64,000 bases of DNA from the NCBI GenBank assembly GCA_963756075.1, contig CAVWMH010000006.1, positions 51,845 to 115,844 on the forward strand, in the 5' to 3' direction. The notes under the pieces were generated by a model that saw nothing but the letters and a program-made list of their open reading frames with translations, was not told where the DNA came from and did no database searches. Source of the stretch: Candidatus Dormiibacterota bacterium (GTDB lineage: Bacteria > Chloroflexota > Dormibacteria > Aeolococcales > Aeolococcaceae). The first letter of the stretch is position 1. Each line of letters opens with the position of its first letter. Below are positions 40,132 through 51,276 of the stretch, one piece after another. Position numbers and translations under genes: made by a program.

Positions 40132-43100
40132 ATGTCAGGCTACGCACGTATCGGCGAGCACGTAGGCACGCAGCCCCCGAATCGAGGTCTGTTCGATGCT
40201 GCCGTCGAACACGATGCCTGCGGCGTGGCATTCGTCGCCCGGATCACCGGTGGTCCCGCCCATTCGGTGGTCGAGCAGGGGATTCAGGCGCTCGTCAACC
40301 TCGGTCACCGTGGCGCATCCGGCGCCGAGCCGGACAGCGGTGACGGCGCGGGCATTCTCCTCCAAATTCCGGACGAATTCCTTCGCGAGGCGTCTGGCCT
40401 GCAGTTGCCGTCGCCGGGCGCGTACGGCGTCGGCATGGCGATGCTCCCCCAGGACCCGGACCAACGCGAAGAGTGCGAGGAGATCACGCTTCGGGCATGC
40501 CGGGCCGAGGGATTGCGCCTGCTCGGCTGGCGCGACGTGCCGGTGAACGGCGAGGCGCTGGGACGATCGGCCCGGACAGCTCAGCCGGAACTGCGTCAAC
40601 TCTTCGTCGCCGCCATCGGCCTGGACGGGTCGGCGCTCGAAGGCCGGCTCCTGGTTCTTCGGAGAGTCATCGAACGCGACGCCCTGGCGGCCGGGATCGG
40701 CCGGGATCGGTTCCACTGGGCGAGCCTGTCCAGCCGCACCGTCGTCTACAAGGGGATGCTCACCGCCGCGCAGCTCGCGGGCTTCTATCCGGACCTGCTC
40801 GACGAGCGGGTCACTTCGATGCTGGCCCTGGTTCACGCGCGGTTCTCCACCAACGTGTTGCCACGCTGGGACCTCGCCCAGCCGTTCCGCATGTCCGCCC
40901 ACAACGGCGAGATCAACACGCTCCGGGGGAACGTCAACTGGATGCGCGCGCGTCAGTCGAAGTTCCGCAGCCCGCATTTCGGCGACGACATCGCGAAGTT
41001 GATGCCCGTGCTCGATGAGTCGGGCTCGGACTCCTCGCAGTTCGACAATGCCCTCGAGCTCCTCGCCAAGAGCGGCCGGTCGATCGAGCACGCCGTGATG
41101 ATGATGATCCCGGAGGCGTGGCACCAGAACCCGCTCATGGACGATGAGCGACGCGCCTTCTACGAGTTTCACAGTGCGCTGCTCGAGCCGTGGGACGGCC
41201 CTGCGGCGATCGCATTCACCGACGGGCGGGTGATCGGTGCGACGCTCGACCGCAACGGATTGCGCCCGGCCCGGTACCTCGTCACCGAGGACGGCCTCGT
41301 CGTGATGGCCTCGGAGGCGGGTGTCCTCGATCTCCCCGAGGAGCGCATTGCCAGGAAGTGGCGACTCGAGCCCGGACGCCTCCTGCTCGTCGACACGGCG
41401 GCCGGCCGCATTCTCGACGACGCCGCTGTCAAGAGCACGCTCAGCTCCGAACAGCCGTACCGCGAATGGATTCGCCTGGGCACCGTGCACCTTGACGAGC
41501 TCGATCCCCCGGAGCACGTGACCGCTCCGGATCCGGGCACGCTTCTCGTGCGCCAGCAGGCATTCGGATACAGCATCGAGGACGTCGAGATGCTGCTCGA
41601 GCCGATGGGTGCAACCGGCGACGAGGCAGTCGGATCGATGGGCAACGACACGCCTCTCGCCGTGCTCAGCGATCGGCCGCTTCCGCTGTTCAACTACTTC
41701 AAGCAGCTGTTCGCGCAGGTCACCAACCCGCCCATCGACCCCATTCGTGAGCAGGCGGTGATGTCGCTGGAAACAAGCCTCGGTGCCGGCGGGAATCTTC
41801 TCGAGCAGGGCCCCGCACAGGCGAAGCGGCTCGAGATGCCCCACCCGGTGCTGACCAACCACGACCTCGAGACGCTCCGCCATGTCACGCAGCGCCAGTT
41901 CCCGGCGGAGACGATCTCCATGGTCTTCCACCGCGACTTGGGCGCGGCCGGGCTGGTCGCCGGCATCGAGCGGATCTGCCGGTTGGCGTCGCAGCAGATC
42001 GAGGCAGGCGCCACCGTCCTCATCCTCAGTGACCGGCATATCGACGCATCGCATGTGCCCATCCCGTCCCTGCTCGCCACCGCCGCCGTGCACCACCACC
42101 TGGTTCGCGAGCAGACGCGCACCGGCGTCGGTCTCGTCATCGAAACGGGCGAGGCACGTGAGGTCATGCACCTCGCGCTGCTCATCGGTTACGGGGCCGA
42201 AGCTGTCAACCCGTATCTCGCGTTCGAGACCATCGCGGAGCTCGCGCGCCGCGACCTGATGCCGCCGACAGTCGACGCCGCGCGCGCGGAGGAGCTCTAC
42301 GTGCAGGCACTCGTGAAGGGGCTGCGCAAGACGATCGCGCGCATGGGCATCTCGACGATCCTGTCGTACTGCGGCGCGCAGATCTTCGAGTGTCTCGGCA
42401 TCGATCGCACCGTGGTGGACCGCTACTTCCCGAATACCCCGTCGCGGATCGGCGGCATCGGGATGGACGTCATCGCTGCAGAGGCGATCGCGCGTCACCA
42501 GCGCGCCTTTCCGGACGTACGCATCACATCGCCGACCCTGGAGGACCGCGGCGAGTATCGCTGGCGTCGCGATGGTGAGCACCATCAATGGAATCCCGCG
42601 GTGATCGGCGCGCTTCAGCATGCGGTGAAGTCCAACGACGAGAACGAGTTCCGCCGTTACGTGTCGCTGGCGGACGACGAGTCGCGCCGATTGAAGAGTC
42701 TTCGCGGCCTCTTCAGGCTGCGCGAGGCGCACGATCCGGTGCCGCTCGATGAGGTCGAACCGGCGCTCGATATCGTGCGTCGCTTTTCGACGGGTGGCAT
42801 GTCACACGGCTCGCTGAGCAAGGAGGCCCACGAGTTGCTCGCGATTGCGATGAATCGCATCGGAGCGCGATCCAACACCGGGGAAGGAGGAGAGGACTCC
42901 TCACGTTACGAACCCGATGCCAACGGCGACTGGCGTCGCAGCGCGATCAAGCAGGTCGCGTCCGCGCGCTTCGGCGTCACCGCCCACTACCTGGTGAACG
43001 CCGAGGAGTTGCAGATCAAGATCGCCCAGGGTGCCAAACCGGGCGAGGGGGGTCAGCTGCCCGGGCCCAAGGTCGATGAGGCGATTGCGAGGCTGCGCCA

Positions 43101-44656
43101 TTCCACCCCGGGTGTCGGCCTCATCTCCCCGCCGCCCCACCACGACATCTATTCGATCGAAGATCTCGCGCAACTCATCTGGGACCTTCGCTGCGTGAAT
43201 CCGCAGGCGCGGATCAGCGTCAAGCTGGTTGCCGAGGCAGGCGTCGGCACTGTGGCTGCAGGAGTTGCCAAGGCGCGAGCGGACCACATCGTCATCGCCG
43301 GCTACGAAGGTGGCACCGGCGCCTCGCCACTGACGGCGATCAAACACGCGGGCGTGCCCTGGGAACTGGGGCTCGCCGAAACCCAGCAGGTCCTCATCCG
43401 GCAGCGCCTCCGCAGCCGGGTCACGCTGCTGGCCGACGGACAGATGAAGACCGGACGTGACGTCGTCGTCGGGGCGCTCCTCGGCGCCGACGAGTTCGCG
43501 TTTGCGACGGCGCCACTCATCGCGGCGGGGTGCGTGATGATGCGCGTCTGCCATCTCAACACCTGCCCGGTTGGCATAGCGACACAGGACGCCGGCTTGC
43601 GCGCCAGGTTCGCGGGTCGCCCCGAGCACGTCGTGGCGTTCATGCTCTTCCTCGCCGAGGACGTGCGCCGCTGGATGTCGCGGCTCGGATTCCGCCGCTT
43701 CGAGGACATGATCGGACGCGTCGATCTCATCGAGACGAACCCCGCGGTGGATCACTGGAAGGCTCGTGGGCTCGACCTGGAGCCGTTGCTGATGGTGCCC
43801 GAAGTTGATGCCCCGGAGGATCGCCGGCACAGCACGCAGCCAGGCGGCAGACCTCGGTGACATGCTCGACAACGAGATCCTGGCGCGCTGCGGAGATTCG
43901 CTCGACAGCGGCTGTCCCGTTCGCATGCGACTACCGGTGCGCAACGTGCATCGCTGCGTCGGTGCGATGCTGAGCGGCGAGATCGCCCGGCGACACGGCG
44001 CGGAAGGCCTGCCTGACGGCGCCATTGACGTCGAGCTGGATGGCGCCGCGGGACAGTCATTCGGCGCATGGCTGGCGAACGGGGTGACGCTCACCCTGCG
44101 CGGTGAGGCGAATGACTACGTGGGCAAGGGACTCTCGGGCGGCCGGCTGGTCATTCTTCCGCCGGACAGCGCCACGCGGCGTGCCGAAGACAACATCATC
44201 ATCGGGAATGTCGCGTTGTACGGCGCCACATCCGGTGAGGCATTCATTCGCGGCGTGGCCGGCGAGCGCTTCTGCGTGCGCAACTCAGGGGCAGTCGCTG
44301 TGGTCGAGGGGGTCGGTGATCACGGCTGCGAGTACATGACCGGTGGAACCGTCGTCGTGCTCGGCGCGACCGGGCGAAATTTCGCAGCGGGCATGAGTGG
44401 TGGCGTCGCGTACGTCCTCGATGACGAGCGAAAGTTTGCCGAGCGCTGCAACCGCGCATCCGTGGCGCTCGAGCCGCTCGGCGTCGACGACCACGAACTG
44501 GTGCGCGGTCTGCTCGAGCGACACCTCGCGCTCACCGGCAGTGCGGTGGCGAGGCGATTGCTTCGGACCTGGGCTCAGGAGCGCGAGCGTTTCGTGAAGG
44601 TGATGCCGGAGGAGTACCGGCGCGCGCTGCGCGCACAGCTCGAGCTGGTGAGCTGA
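40132..44656 (+). CDS. gltB: Glutamate synthase large subunit, frameshifted near 43840
   Basis: [47 protein letters not shown]; C-terminal GXGXG domain in the next frame. Confidence 0.95.
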
Positions 44657-46089
44657 TGGGCACGCGCACAGGTTTCCTCGAGCACACTCGGCACACCGCT
44701 CAGAAGCGACCTGTTGCCGAACGGATCGGTGACTACCGCGAGGTCTACCTGCCGCTGCCGCTGCAGGTGCTGCGCGACCAGGGAGCGCGATGCATGGACT
44801 GCGGAGTTGCGTTCTGCCACGACGGCTGCCCACTCGGCAACCTCATCCCCGAGTGGAACGACCTCGTCTATCGCGATGACTGGAGGGCCGCGATCGAACG
44901 GCTCCACGCCACCAACAACTTTCCGGAGTTCACCGGCCGTCTGTGTCCTGCCCCGTGCGAGCCGGCGTGTGTGCTCGCGATCAACGACGACCCGGTCGCG
45001 ATCAAGCAGATCGAGCAGTCCATCATCGACCGCGCATTCGACGAAGGGTGGATCCGCGCCGAGCCGCCGGCGCACCGCACCGGGCGTCGGGTCGCGGTCG
45101 TTGGATCAGGTCCCGCCGGACTCGCCGCGGCGCAGCAGCTCAATCGTGCCGGCCACCGCGTGACGGTCTTCGAGCGCTCGGACCGCATCGGCGGCCTGCT
45201 CCGGTACGGGATCCCGGACTTCAAGATGGAGAAGTGGGTCCTCGACCGCCGCATCGATCTGCTCGAGGCCGAGGGGATCACATTCGAGACCGGGTATGAC
45301 ATCGGGAGCGATGTCACCACCGAGCAATTGCGTTCGCGTTTCGACGCGGTGGTGCTCGGCGTCGGTGCCGATCGACCGCGCGATATCGACGTCCCTGGAC
45401 GCGAGCTGCGCGGGATTCATGTCGCCATGGAGTACCTCGTGCAGCAGAACCGCAGAGTTGCGGGGGATCGCGTGAACGCCAGGCCTGAGATCACTGCGCG
45501 AGGCCGCAAGGTGATCATCATCGGCGGGGGCGACACCGGCGCCGACTGCCTGGGTAACGTCATCCGCGAGCAGTGCAGCGAGGTGCAGCAGCTCTACATC
45601 TACGCGCAGCCACCCGATTCGAGGCCGGATGGGAATCCGTGGCCGCGGTGGCCGCTGATCCTGCGCACCTACCCCGCACATGACGAGGGTGGCTCACGCG
45701 AGTTCGGCCTCATGGTCACGAGCTTCGAGGGCGAGAACGGCGCCGTGCAGCGCGTCCGTGCGGCTCGCGTCGAGCCGCGCCGCGAGAATGGAAGGCGCAC
45801 GTTTGTCCCCCTTCCCGGCGACGAGGTGCACCTCGACGCCGACCTCGTCCTCATCGCCATCGGTTACGCCGGGGCGACACGATCCACCCTGCTCGATGAC
45901 CTGTCGGTCCCCCTCGACGGCGCCGGCAACATTGCTGTGGATGAGGCGTTTGCCTGCGCAACACCGGGTGTTTTCGCAGCCGGGGACGCGGTGCGCGGTG
46001 CGTCGCTCATCGTATGGGCGATTGCAGATGGGCGCGCGGCCGCACGCAGTTGCGACGCGTACCTGACGGGAGCGGTCCGGCTCCCGTAG
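44656..46089 (+). CDS. gltD: Glutamate synthase small subunit
   Basis: RCMDCG..FC..GCP, GRLCPAPCE, GSGPAG, GGGDTG, GD..RGASL. Confidence 0.96.
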   Translation: MGTRTGFLEHTRHTAQKRPVAERIGDYREVYLPLPLQVLRDQGARCMDCGVAFCHDGCPLGNLIPEWNDLVYRDDWRAAIERLHATNNFPEFTGRLCPAPCEPACVLAINDDPVAIKQIEQSIIDRAFDEGWIRAEPPAHRTGRRVAVVGSGPAGLAAAQQLNRAGHRVTVFERSDRIGGLLRYGIPDFKMEKWVLDRRIDLLEAEGITFETGYDIGSDVTTEQLRSRFDAVVLGVGADRPRDIDVPGRELRGIHVAMEYLVQQNRRVAGDRVNARPEITARGRKVIIIGGGDTGADCLGNVIREQCSEVQQLYIYAQPPDSRPDGNPWPRWPLILRTYPAHDEGGSREFGLMVTSFEGENGAVQRVRAARVEPRRENGRRTFVPLPGDEVHLDADLVLIAIGYAGATRSTLLDDLSVPLDGAGNIAVDEAFACATPGVFAAGDAVRGASLIVWAIADGRAAARSCDAYLTGAVRLP

Positions 46090-46106
46090 CGTTTATCGAG
46101 GCAGGA

Positions 46107-48287
46107 TCACGGCGCGGGGGGCGGAGTCGCTGGGGCCGGCGTCGGGGTCGGAGCCGGGGTGGCCGTTGGCGCCGGGGTGGGTGATGCCGTCGGCGACGCC
46201 GACGGGCTGGGCGATGCCGACGGGCTGACCTGCGGGCTTGGCGTGGCGCTGCTCGACGGCAGCGCTGACGGGGTCACCTGGGGGATCGGCCCCACCTTGA
46301 CGTTTGGCAGCACGTTGCCGAGACGCGGCAGATCTGCCTGCGGACCGCCGAACGGCGCGTTCTCACTCGGCGACGAGACGACCAGCACCACGGCGGCGGC
46401 TGCCACTGCGAGCCCGACCACGCCGAGGGGAAGCACGAGCGAACGACGGCGATCCGGCCGCTCGCCGGTGTTCTGCGGCGACCGTGCGAATGCGCGGCGC
46501 TCCGGGGTCAGGATGATGCCCTCGGCCGCGAGGCTTGCCCACGGTGCATTTGAGTACACGAAGACTTCGAAGAGGAGGAGCACCGAGAGCACGATGGTCG
46601 CGAGGCTCGGTGAGCGCAGCAGCATCGCACCCGCGCCGAGCACGCCGGCGATCGTCAGCACCGTCTCGGCGCGCGATGCGCGGAGCGCACTCAACAGCGA
46701 GCGGCCTTCCTTGCTTTTCGCCGTTCGCAGGAACTCGGCGTGCTTCCGGACCAGTCCGCGGATGCAGGCGAGGGTGACCACCCAGGACAGGGCGAACCAC
46801 ACCCGCAGCGCGTTGAGTGCATCTCCTGCGCTGGCGCGACACGCCCGGCGCATCGCCCACATCGCGCGCACGATCCCGGTTCCGGCGAATGCCAGGGGGA
46901 CGACGAGCACGGCTCCCGTCAACTGACGAATCGGCAGGCGTTCGTGCAGCGAGGTGGCGAGCGCGGTCGCGAGCAGCAGGATCGTGAACGTCGCGGTGAG
47001 CACTTCCGCGAACCACTGGACGCTGCCGAGAAGATAGTGGATGCGCTGCGCGAGCGTCAGCCGCATCCTGTGGTGGGCCAGCGGGATCATTTCGCGCCAG
47101 TGAAACTTGAGGATCTGAATTCCACCCAGCGCCCAGCGGAATCGCTGCTTCTTGAGCCCGTCGAAGTCCAACGGCATCAGTCCCTCGCCGTACGCAGCGG
47201 CGTCATAGACGCCCCGATACCCGGCGCCGAGGATGCGCAACGATGCTTCAGCATCCTCAGTGATGCACTCCTGATTCCAGCCGCCGATCTCATTGAAGGC
47301 CGACCGGCGGATCAGGCCCATGGTCCCGCAGAAGATGATCGCGTTGCGATGGTTGCGCGCAACCATCGTGATGTCGAAGAAGTACCGGAAGCTGTAGAAG
47401 AGTCCTCGCAGATACCGGTTGTCCTCCCAATCGCGGTAGTGCTGTGATGTCTGCATGAAGGCCACCGATGGATCGTCGAAGTAGCCGATCGTGTTGCGCA
47501 GCCACTGCGGGTGCACTTGATAGTCGGCATCGACGATGCCCAGGATCTCCACCTGCTCCGGGAGCCGCGGTGTCGCCTCATTGAGGGCTCCAGCCTTGAA
47601 TCCGGGCCAGTCCTCCAGATGCAGGAAGACGAACCGTTCGCCCAGCCTGGAACAGAGCTCCTCGATCGGTTTCCAGAGCCCGGGGTCGCTGGTGTTGTTG
47701 TCGACGACCTGGATGATGAGGTTGGGATAGTCGATCGCCGCCAGCGATTCGAGTGTGGGCCCCACCACCTCGACGGGCTCGTTGTAGGTGGGGACCTGGA
47801 GGGCGACCCAGGGTTCGCGTGTCAGCGGCGGCGGAGGGCGACGCTCCGTGCTTCGCGACAGCACGTCGCAGATCTCAAACGTGAACGAGATCGACAGCAG
47901 CAGGGCGAGGATCTCGAGGATCAACAGCACGACAGACGCGAGCACGGCGATGACCGACAGACGCCCAAAAAACGTCTGGAGAAACGCGTACGCCAGGTAC
48001 GAAACCGAAGCCACGGTTACCGCCATGAACAGCTGGGCACCAAGGAAGCTCCAGCGTGGCTGCAGGCCCCGCATGGCAGCGACGAGCACGGCCGCGGCAA
48101 TGACCAACACGATCATTCCCGCTTCATCGCGCTCGATTTCGAGGAAGACGGCTCCGGTCACAACGAGCGCGACGACGCAGACCGGTATCCCCAGCAACGC
48201 GTGAGCGCTGATCGTTCGCGGCAACAGCGCCAACGCCATCGTGGCGGCGAGGAGGAGCGCGAAGAAGATGACGATCTCAAGGATCAT
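46107..48287 (-). CDS. Processive membrane GT2 beta-glucan synthase (cellulose synthase/NdvB-like)
   Basis: PTYNE, DNNT, FKAGALN, DAD, TED, QRFRW; N- and C-terminal TMs; Pro/Ser/Thr tail. Confidence 0.88.
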   Translation of the reverse strand: MILEIVIFFALLLAATMALALLPRTISAHALLGIPVCVVALVVTGAVFLEIERDEAGMIVLVIAAAVLVAAMRGLQPRWSFLGAQLFMAVTVASVSYLAYAFLQTFFGRLSVIAVLASVVLLILEILALLLSISFTFEICDVLSRSTERRPPPPLTREPWVALQVPTYNEPVEVVGPTLESLAAIDYPNLIIQVVDNNTSDPGLWKPIEELCSRLGERFVFLHLEDWPGFKAGALNEATPRLPEQVEILGIVDADYQVHPQWLRNTIGYFDDPSVAFMQTSQHYRDWEDNRYLRGLFYSFRYFFDITMVARNHRNAIIFCGTMGLIRRSAFNEIGGWNQECITEDAEASLRILGAGYRGVYDAAAYGEGLMPLDFDGLKKQRFRWALGGIQILKFHWREMIPLAHHRMRLTLAQRIHYLLGSVQWFAEVLTATFTILLLATALATSLHERLPIRQLTGAVLVVPLAFAGTGIVRAMWAMRRACRASAGDALNALRVWFALSWVVTLACIRGLVRKHAEFLRTAKSKEGRSLLSALRASRAETVLTIAGVLGAGAMLLRSPSLATIVLSVLLLFEVFVYSNAPWASLAAEGIILTPERRAFARSPQNTGERPDRRRSLVLPLGVVGLAVAAAAVVLVVSSPSENAPFGGPQADLPRLGNVLPNVKVGPIPQVTPSALPSSSATPSPQVSPSASPSPSASPTASPTPAPTATPAPTPTPAPATPPPAP

Positions 48288-49516
48288 GAGACCGCTCGAT
48301 CAAGGTCAACCAGCACTCCGGACGACAGCGCGAGGCCAAACCAGACCCAGTTCTGTTCGAAGTAATTCCGGGGATCCCCGAAATAGGCGGATGCTGAAGG
48401 GGCGGATGCCGCTGGATGGAACGATGCAATCAGCACCAGCTCGATCTGCGCGGCACCGGCAGGGTCGGTGACGAGGAAGTTCCCGATGTCGCCGCCGTAG
48501 AGCGTCGGATCGTCGTACGAGCTGACCACGGAGCCGTCGTGTGCGTAGACGGGGTCCAGCATTCGCTTGCTGCTCCATTGCGCGCGGAGGAAGGCGCTGC
48601 CGTTGAGGTATGCGCGGGCGCGCGCCTCGTGGTTCCAGAGTGCGTCAACAGCAACCCGCCACATGACACGAAACGCGTCATACCCGTAGTCATCGGCGCC
48701 CGCGATGGTGGGGAAGGGCACGATTGCGCCTGTCGATCGTGAGATCGCGCACCAGTTGGGGGGCAGCCCGACGCCCGCTCGACCGTCGAGCGTTGCGCTG
48801 GTGCACTGACCGAGCACGGCGTACGAGCTGTCGATCAGGGTTGTCCACGGGTGCGCCGGGTCCTCTCGTGCAAAGGTCCGATACGCGTACGGCGCGAAGT
48901 AGGAGGGATTGATGACAGGGCCCGGTGACACCTGGGTCTTTGCCCAGTTGCCGGCTGTCAGGACGTCCATGCCATTGATCGAAATCACCTCGCTCTGCCA
49001 CATCGCGTCCAGGACCCTGAGCGCATCCGCGTGCAGGGGGCTCATGGCGAATCTCCGCGCCGCGTACAGCAGCGCCAGGGCAATGTCCGAGTCAGCGTCG
49101 CTTGCTGAATTGGCGTCGGCGACCTTGCCGCCGCTCCACAGGGCTGCGAAGAGGCCGTCGCCCCGTGTCTGCAGATTCGTCGCCGTCCAGTTCCAGACCG
49201 TGTCGAACGCCTGTTGGTCTCCCATCCAGACGGCACGAAGCAACGCGTACCCCTGCCCCTCGGAGGTGGTGATACCTCCCCGGGTCGGGTCGATGACGCG
49301 GCCGTCGGGCTCGATGAAGGCCTTTTTGTAGCCGGACCACGCCTCCTTGAGGACGGTGTGGACCCGGCCATCCAGCGCAGGCGCCAAGCCCGTCGGGCTG
49401 GGCGCGTGAACGGCCGGTCCGGTGCCGCAGGCTGCCATGACGAAGCAACTTACCAGGGGGGCCCAGCCCAACCTCCGCGCCTGAGGCGTTTTATGTGATA
49501 GCATCGATATCCGCAT
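48284..49516 (-). CDS. GH8 endoglucanase (BcsZ-like), lipoprotein
   Basis: Lipobox MAAC; TTSEGQGY, SASDAD, NPSY, YDAFR. Confidence 0.88.
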   Translation of the reverse strand: MRISMLSHKTPQARRLGWAPLVSCFVMAACGTGPAVHAPSPTGLAPALDGRVHTVLKEAWSGYKKAFIEPDGRVIDPTRGGITTSEGQGYALLRAVWMGDQQAFDTVWNWTATNLQTRGDGLFAALWSGGKVADANSASDADSDIALALLYAARRFAMSPLHADALRVLDAMWQSEVISINGMDVLTAGNWAKTQVSPGPVINPSYFAPYAYRTFAREDPAHPWTTLIDSSYAVLGQCTSATLDGRAGVGLPPNWCAISRSTGAIVPFPTIAGADDYGYDAFRVMWRVAVDALWNHEARARAYLNGSAFLRAQWSSKRMLDPVYAHDGSVVSSYDDPTLYGGDIGNFLVTDPAGAAQIELVLIASFHPAASAPSASAYFGDPRNYFEQNWVWFGLALSSGVLVDLDRAVS

Positions 49517-49569
49517 CAGCTACACTGACAGTAGCAGGTAATCGAAAAAGGAACTAGGAGGTACTAACG

Positions 49570-49824
49570 ATGGGTCTCGGAGTCAGCATCTTCCTGATCG
49601 CGATTGGAGCCGTGCTCGCGTTCGCGATCCACGTGGCCACCAACGGCATCGACCTTCACGCGATCGGGTACATCCTGATGGGCGTGGGTGCTCTGGGCAT
49701 CGTTCTGTCGCTGATCTTCTGGTCGTCCTGGGGAGGCCCCGGGATCCGAACGACGGAACGGACGACAGGCGGCCCCGGCATCCGCCGAACCGATGTGACG
49801 ACCGTCGACGACCGGCCCCTCTGA
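49570..49824 (+). CDS. Small membrane protein (DUF6458-like)
   Basis: RBS AGGAGG; MGLGVSIFLIAIGAVLAFA, two TMs, Thr/Arg tail. Confidence 0.8.
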   Translation: MGLGVSIFLIAIGAVLAFAIHVATNGIDLHAIGYILMGVGALGIVLSLIFWSSWGGPGIRTTERTTGGPGIRRTDVTTVDDRPL

Positions 49825-49887
49825 GATCGGCACAACCGGTTCCAAAGGCGGAGACACTCTGAAAATCGCGCCACAAGGAGGCATCGC

Positions 49888-50043
49888 ATGATCGTTCTGG
49901 GAATCATCCTTCTACTGATCGGGGTGATCGCCGCCATCCCGATCCTGGTGACCCTCGGGGTCATCCTCATCGTCATCGGGCTCGTTCTTGAACTGCTCGG
50001 TATGGCTGGGCACGCGGTGGGTGGGCGGCGCCACTACTACTGA
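49888..50043 (+). CDS. Small membrane protein (DUF6131-like, 51 aa), not in the ORF track
   Basis: RBS AAGGAGG; MIVLGIILLLIGVIAAIPILVTLGVILIVIGLVLELLGMAGHAVGGRRHYY*. Confidence 0.85.
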   Translation: MIVLGIILLLIGVIAAIPILVTLGVILIVIGLVLELLGMAGHAVGGRRHYY

Positions 50044-50070
50044 GGGGGCGGAGCCCCCACCACCGTCGCT

Positions 50071-50108
50071 GAGGGACACGTCTCGATTGGGGCGTGTCTC
50101 TCTTTCGT
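50071..50108 (+). terminator. Intrinsic terminator
   Basis: GAGGGACACGTCTC-GATT-GGGGCGTGTCTCTC stem (G-U pairs on the + strand) followed by TTTCGTT. Confidence 0.65.
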
Positions 50109-50190
50109 TAATCGATGACCGCGACCCCCTCGACTTCGACGAGAAAATGGGGCTGAGCGAGTGCGCTCACGCCCCACAACAGGTGCCATC
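50108..50190 (-). pseudogene. RidA/YjgF family C-terminal remnant
   Basis: GVSALAQPHFLVEVEGVAVID* resembles a RidA C-terminus; the upstream part is not RidA-like. Confidence 0.45.
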
Positions 50191-50303
50191 GCGCGAGATC
50201 GTCGCCGCTACGTTTTAGGGCTTCCAACATCATCGCGGTGTCGCGCGGGGTTCGGGCGCAGACGAGCGAGATGCGCGAGGTCGACTTAGACTGCTCGAAC
50301 GTC

Positions 50304-50855
50304 ATGGCCACCGAACCTGGTGCTGGTCCCAATCTGCCGCCACTTTCACGGGGTGCCAGTGAAAACGGTGGTGTCTGGTCCTGGCCGGAGATCCGCCGGG
50401 GGACACCGCTGCGGGTCTTCATCGACCTCGTCCAGTACGGCGTCGCGATCGTGCTGCTCGTGCTCGCCGCCGTGGTGCTCGTGCGAAGTTTCATCAGCTT
50501 CGTCACGTCGCTCAATGCGACAGCGCCCAACTACACGCTCTCACTCATCAGCGCCGTCGACGGCGTGCTCGTGGTCATCATCCTGGTCGACATCATGCGA
50601 ACCGTCCTTACCCATCTCGAGGGATGGGGCTTCCCGTTTCGACCCTTCCTCGTCATCGGGATCATCGCTGCGGTTCGAGACATCCTCGCCGTCTCCACGC
50701 GGCTCACGCTGTCCTCTGGCGGAGCCACTGCGGGTGCGCCGTCAATATCGCAGTCCCTGCTGGAGCTCGGTGTCAACGCCGGTGTCATTCTCGTCCTCGC
50801 GGTGGCGCTCTTCCTCACGCGCGGCCAGGACGTCGAGGCGGAGACCGACAGGTAG
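50304..50855 (+). CDS. PsiE-like (phosphate-starvation-inducible) membrane protein
   Basis: Four TMs; LV.II.VDI..TV, PFLVIGIIAAVR.IL. Confidence 0.75.
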   Translation: MATEPGAGPNLPPLSRGASENGGVWSWPEIRRGTPLRVFIDLVQYGVAIVLLVLAAVVLVRSFISFVTSLNATAPNYTLSLISAVDGVLVVIILVDIMRTVLTHLEGWGFPFRPFLVIGIIAAVRDILAVSTRLTLSSGGATAGAPSISQSLLELGVNAGVILVLAVALFLTRGQDVEAETDR

Positions 50856-50860
50856 CAACG

Positions 50861-51221
50861 CTAACGGGGGTTGGGCCTGTCGAGGTTCCAGTGCCGCCCG
50901 ACGACGGCCAGCCACGAGCCGTTCGGCGTCGGTGACAGCGCGAAGCGGCTGATCATCCGCTGGCCACCCTCGTGGTCGCCGTAGAGCAGGTCGATGGTCA
51001 CAGATCGACCCGACGCCGCCGCATCGCGTGCGATCGGAGGACGGCGATGCCGGATCCGGCGTTGCGCAGGCCGATGACCAGGTAGATCGCCTCCGGGGTG
51101 GCCTCGAACGCCGCGTGGCCGCCCTCGATCGTCACCCAGTGCATGTCGAAGAGGTCGCGACCGCGAGGACGAGGGTTCCACCGGCAGTCGCGAGTGCGGA
51201 GATGGTCACCCAGTCGGCCAT
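50861..51221 (-). pseudogene. Conserved hypothetical protein, apparently internally deleted and frameshifted
   Basis: Three protein-like segments separated by frame breaks: MADWVTISALATAGGTLVLAVAT / HWVTIEGGHA..YLVIGLRNAGSGIAVL / IDLLYGDHEGGQR..RHWNLDRPNPR. Confidence 0.55.
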
Positions 51222-51276
51222 GACGCCCGAGCTTACCGATCCGGCGTTGAGCTCCGGTCGTGGAGCGCTTCGCGGT

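Noticed and set aside
39912-40133. Trp-rich in-frame upstream extension of aroF (..GWF..VWWP..) as an attenuator leader peptide
   Set aside because: There is no separate short ORF with its own RBS and stop. The Trp codons fall inside the hairpin sequences.
40135-42732. Long antisense ORFs (for example 865 aa opposite gltB, and many others in the track)
   Set aside because: These are shadow ORFs caused by high-GC codon bias opposite well-supported genes, and they carry no motifs.
43830-43860. Programmed frameshifting or a natural split in gltB and other genes
   Set aside because: No slippery heptamers are evident, and shifts are scattered across unrelated genes. Sequencing error is the simpler explanation.
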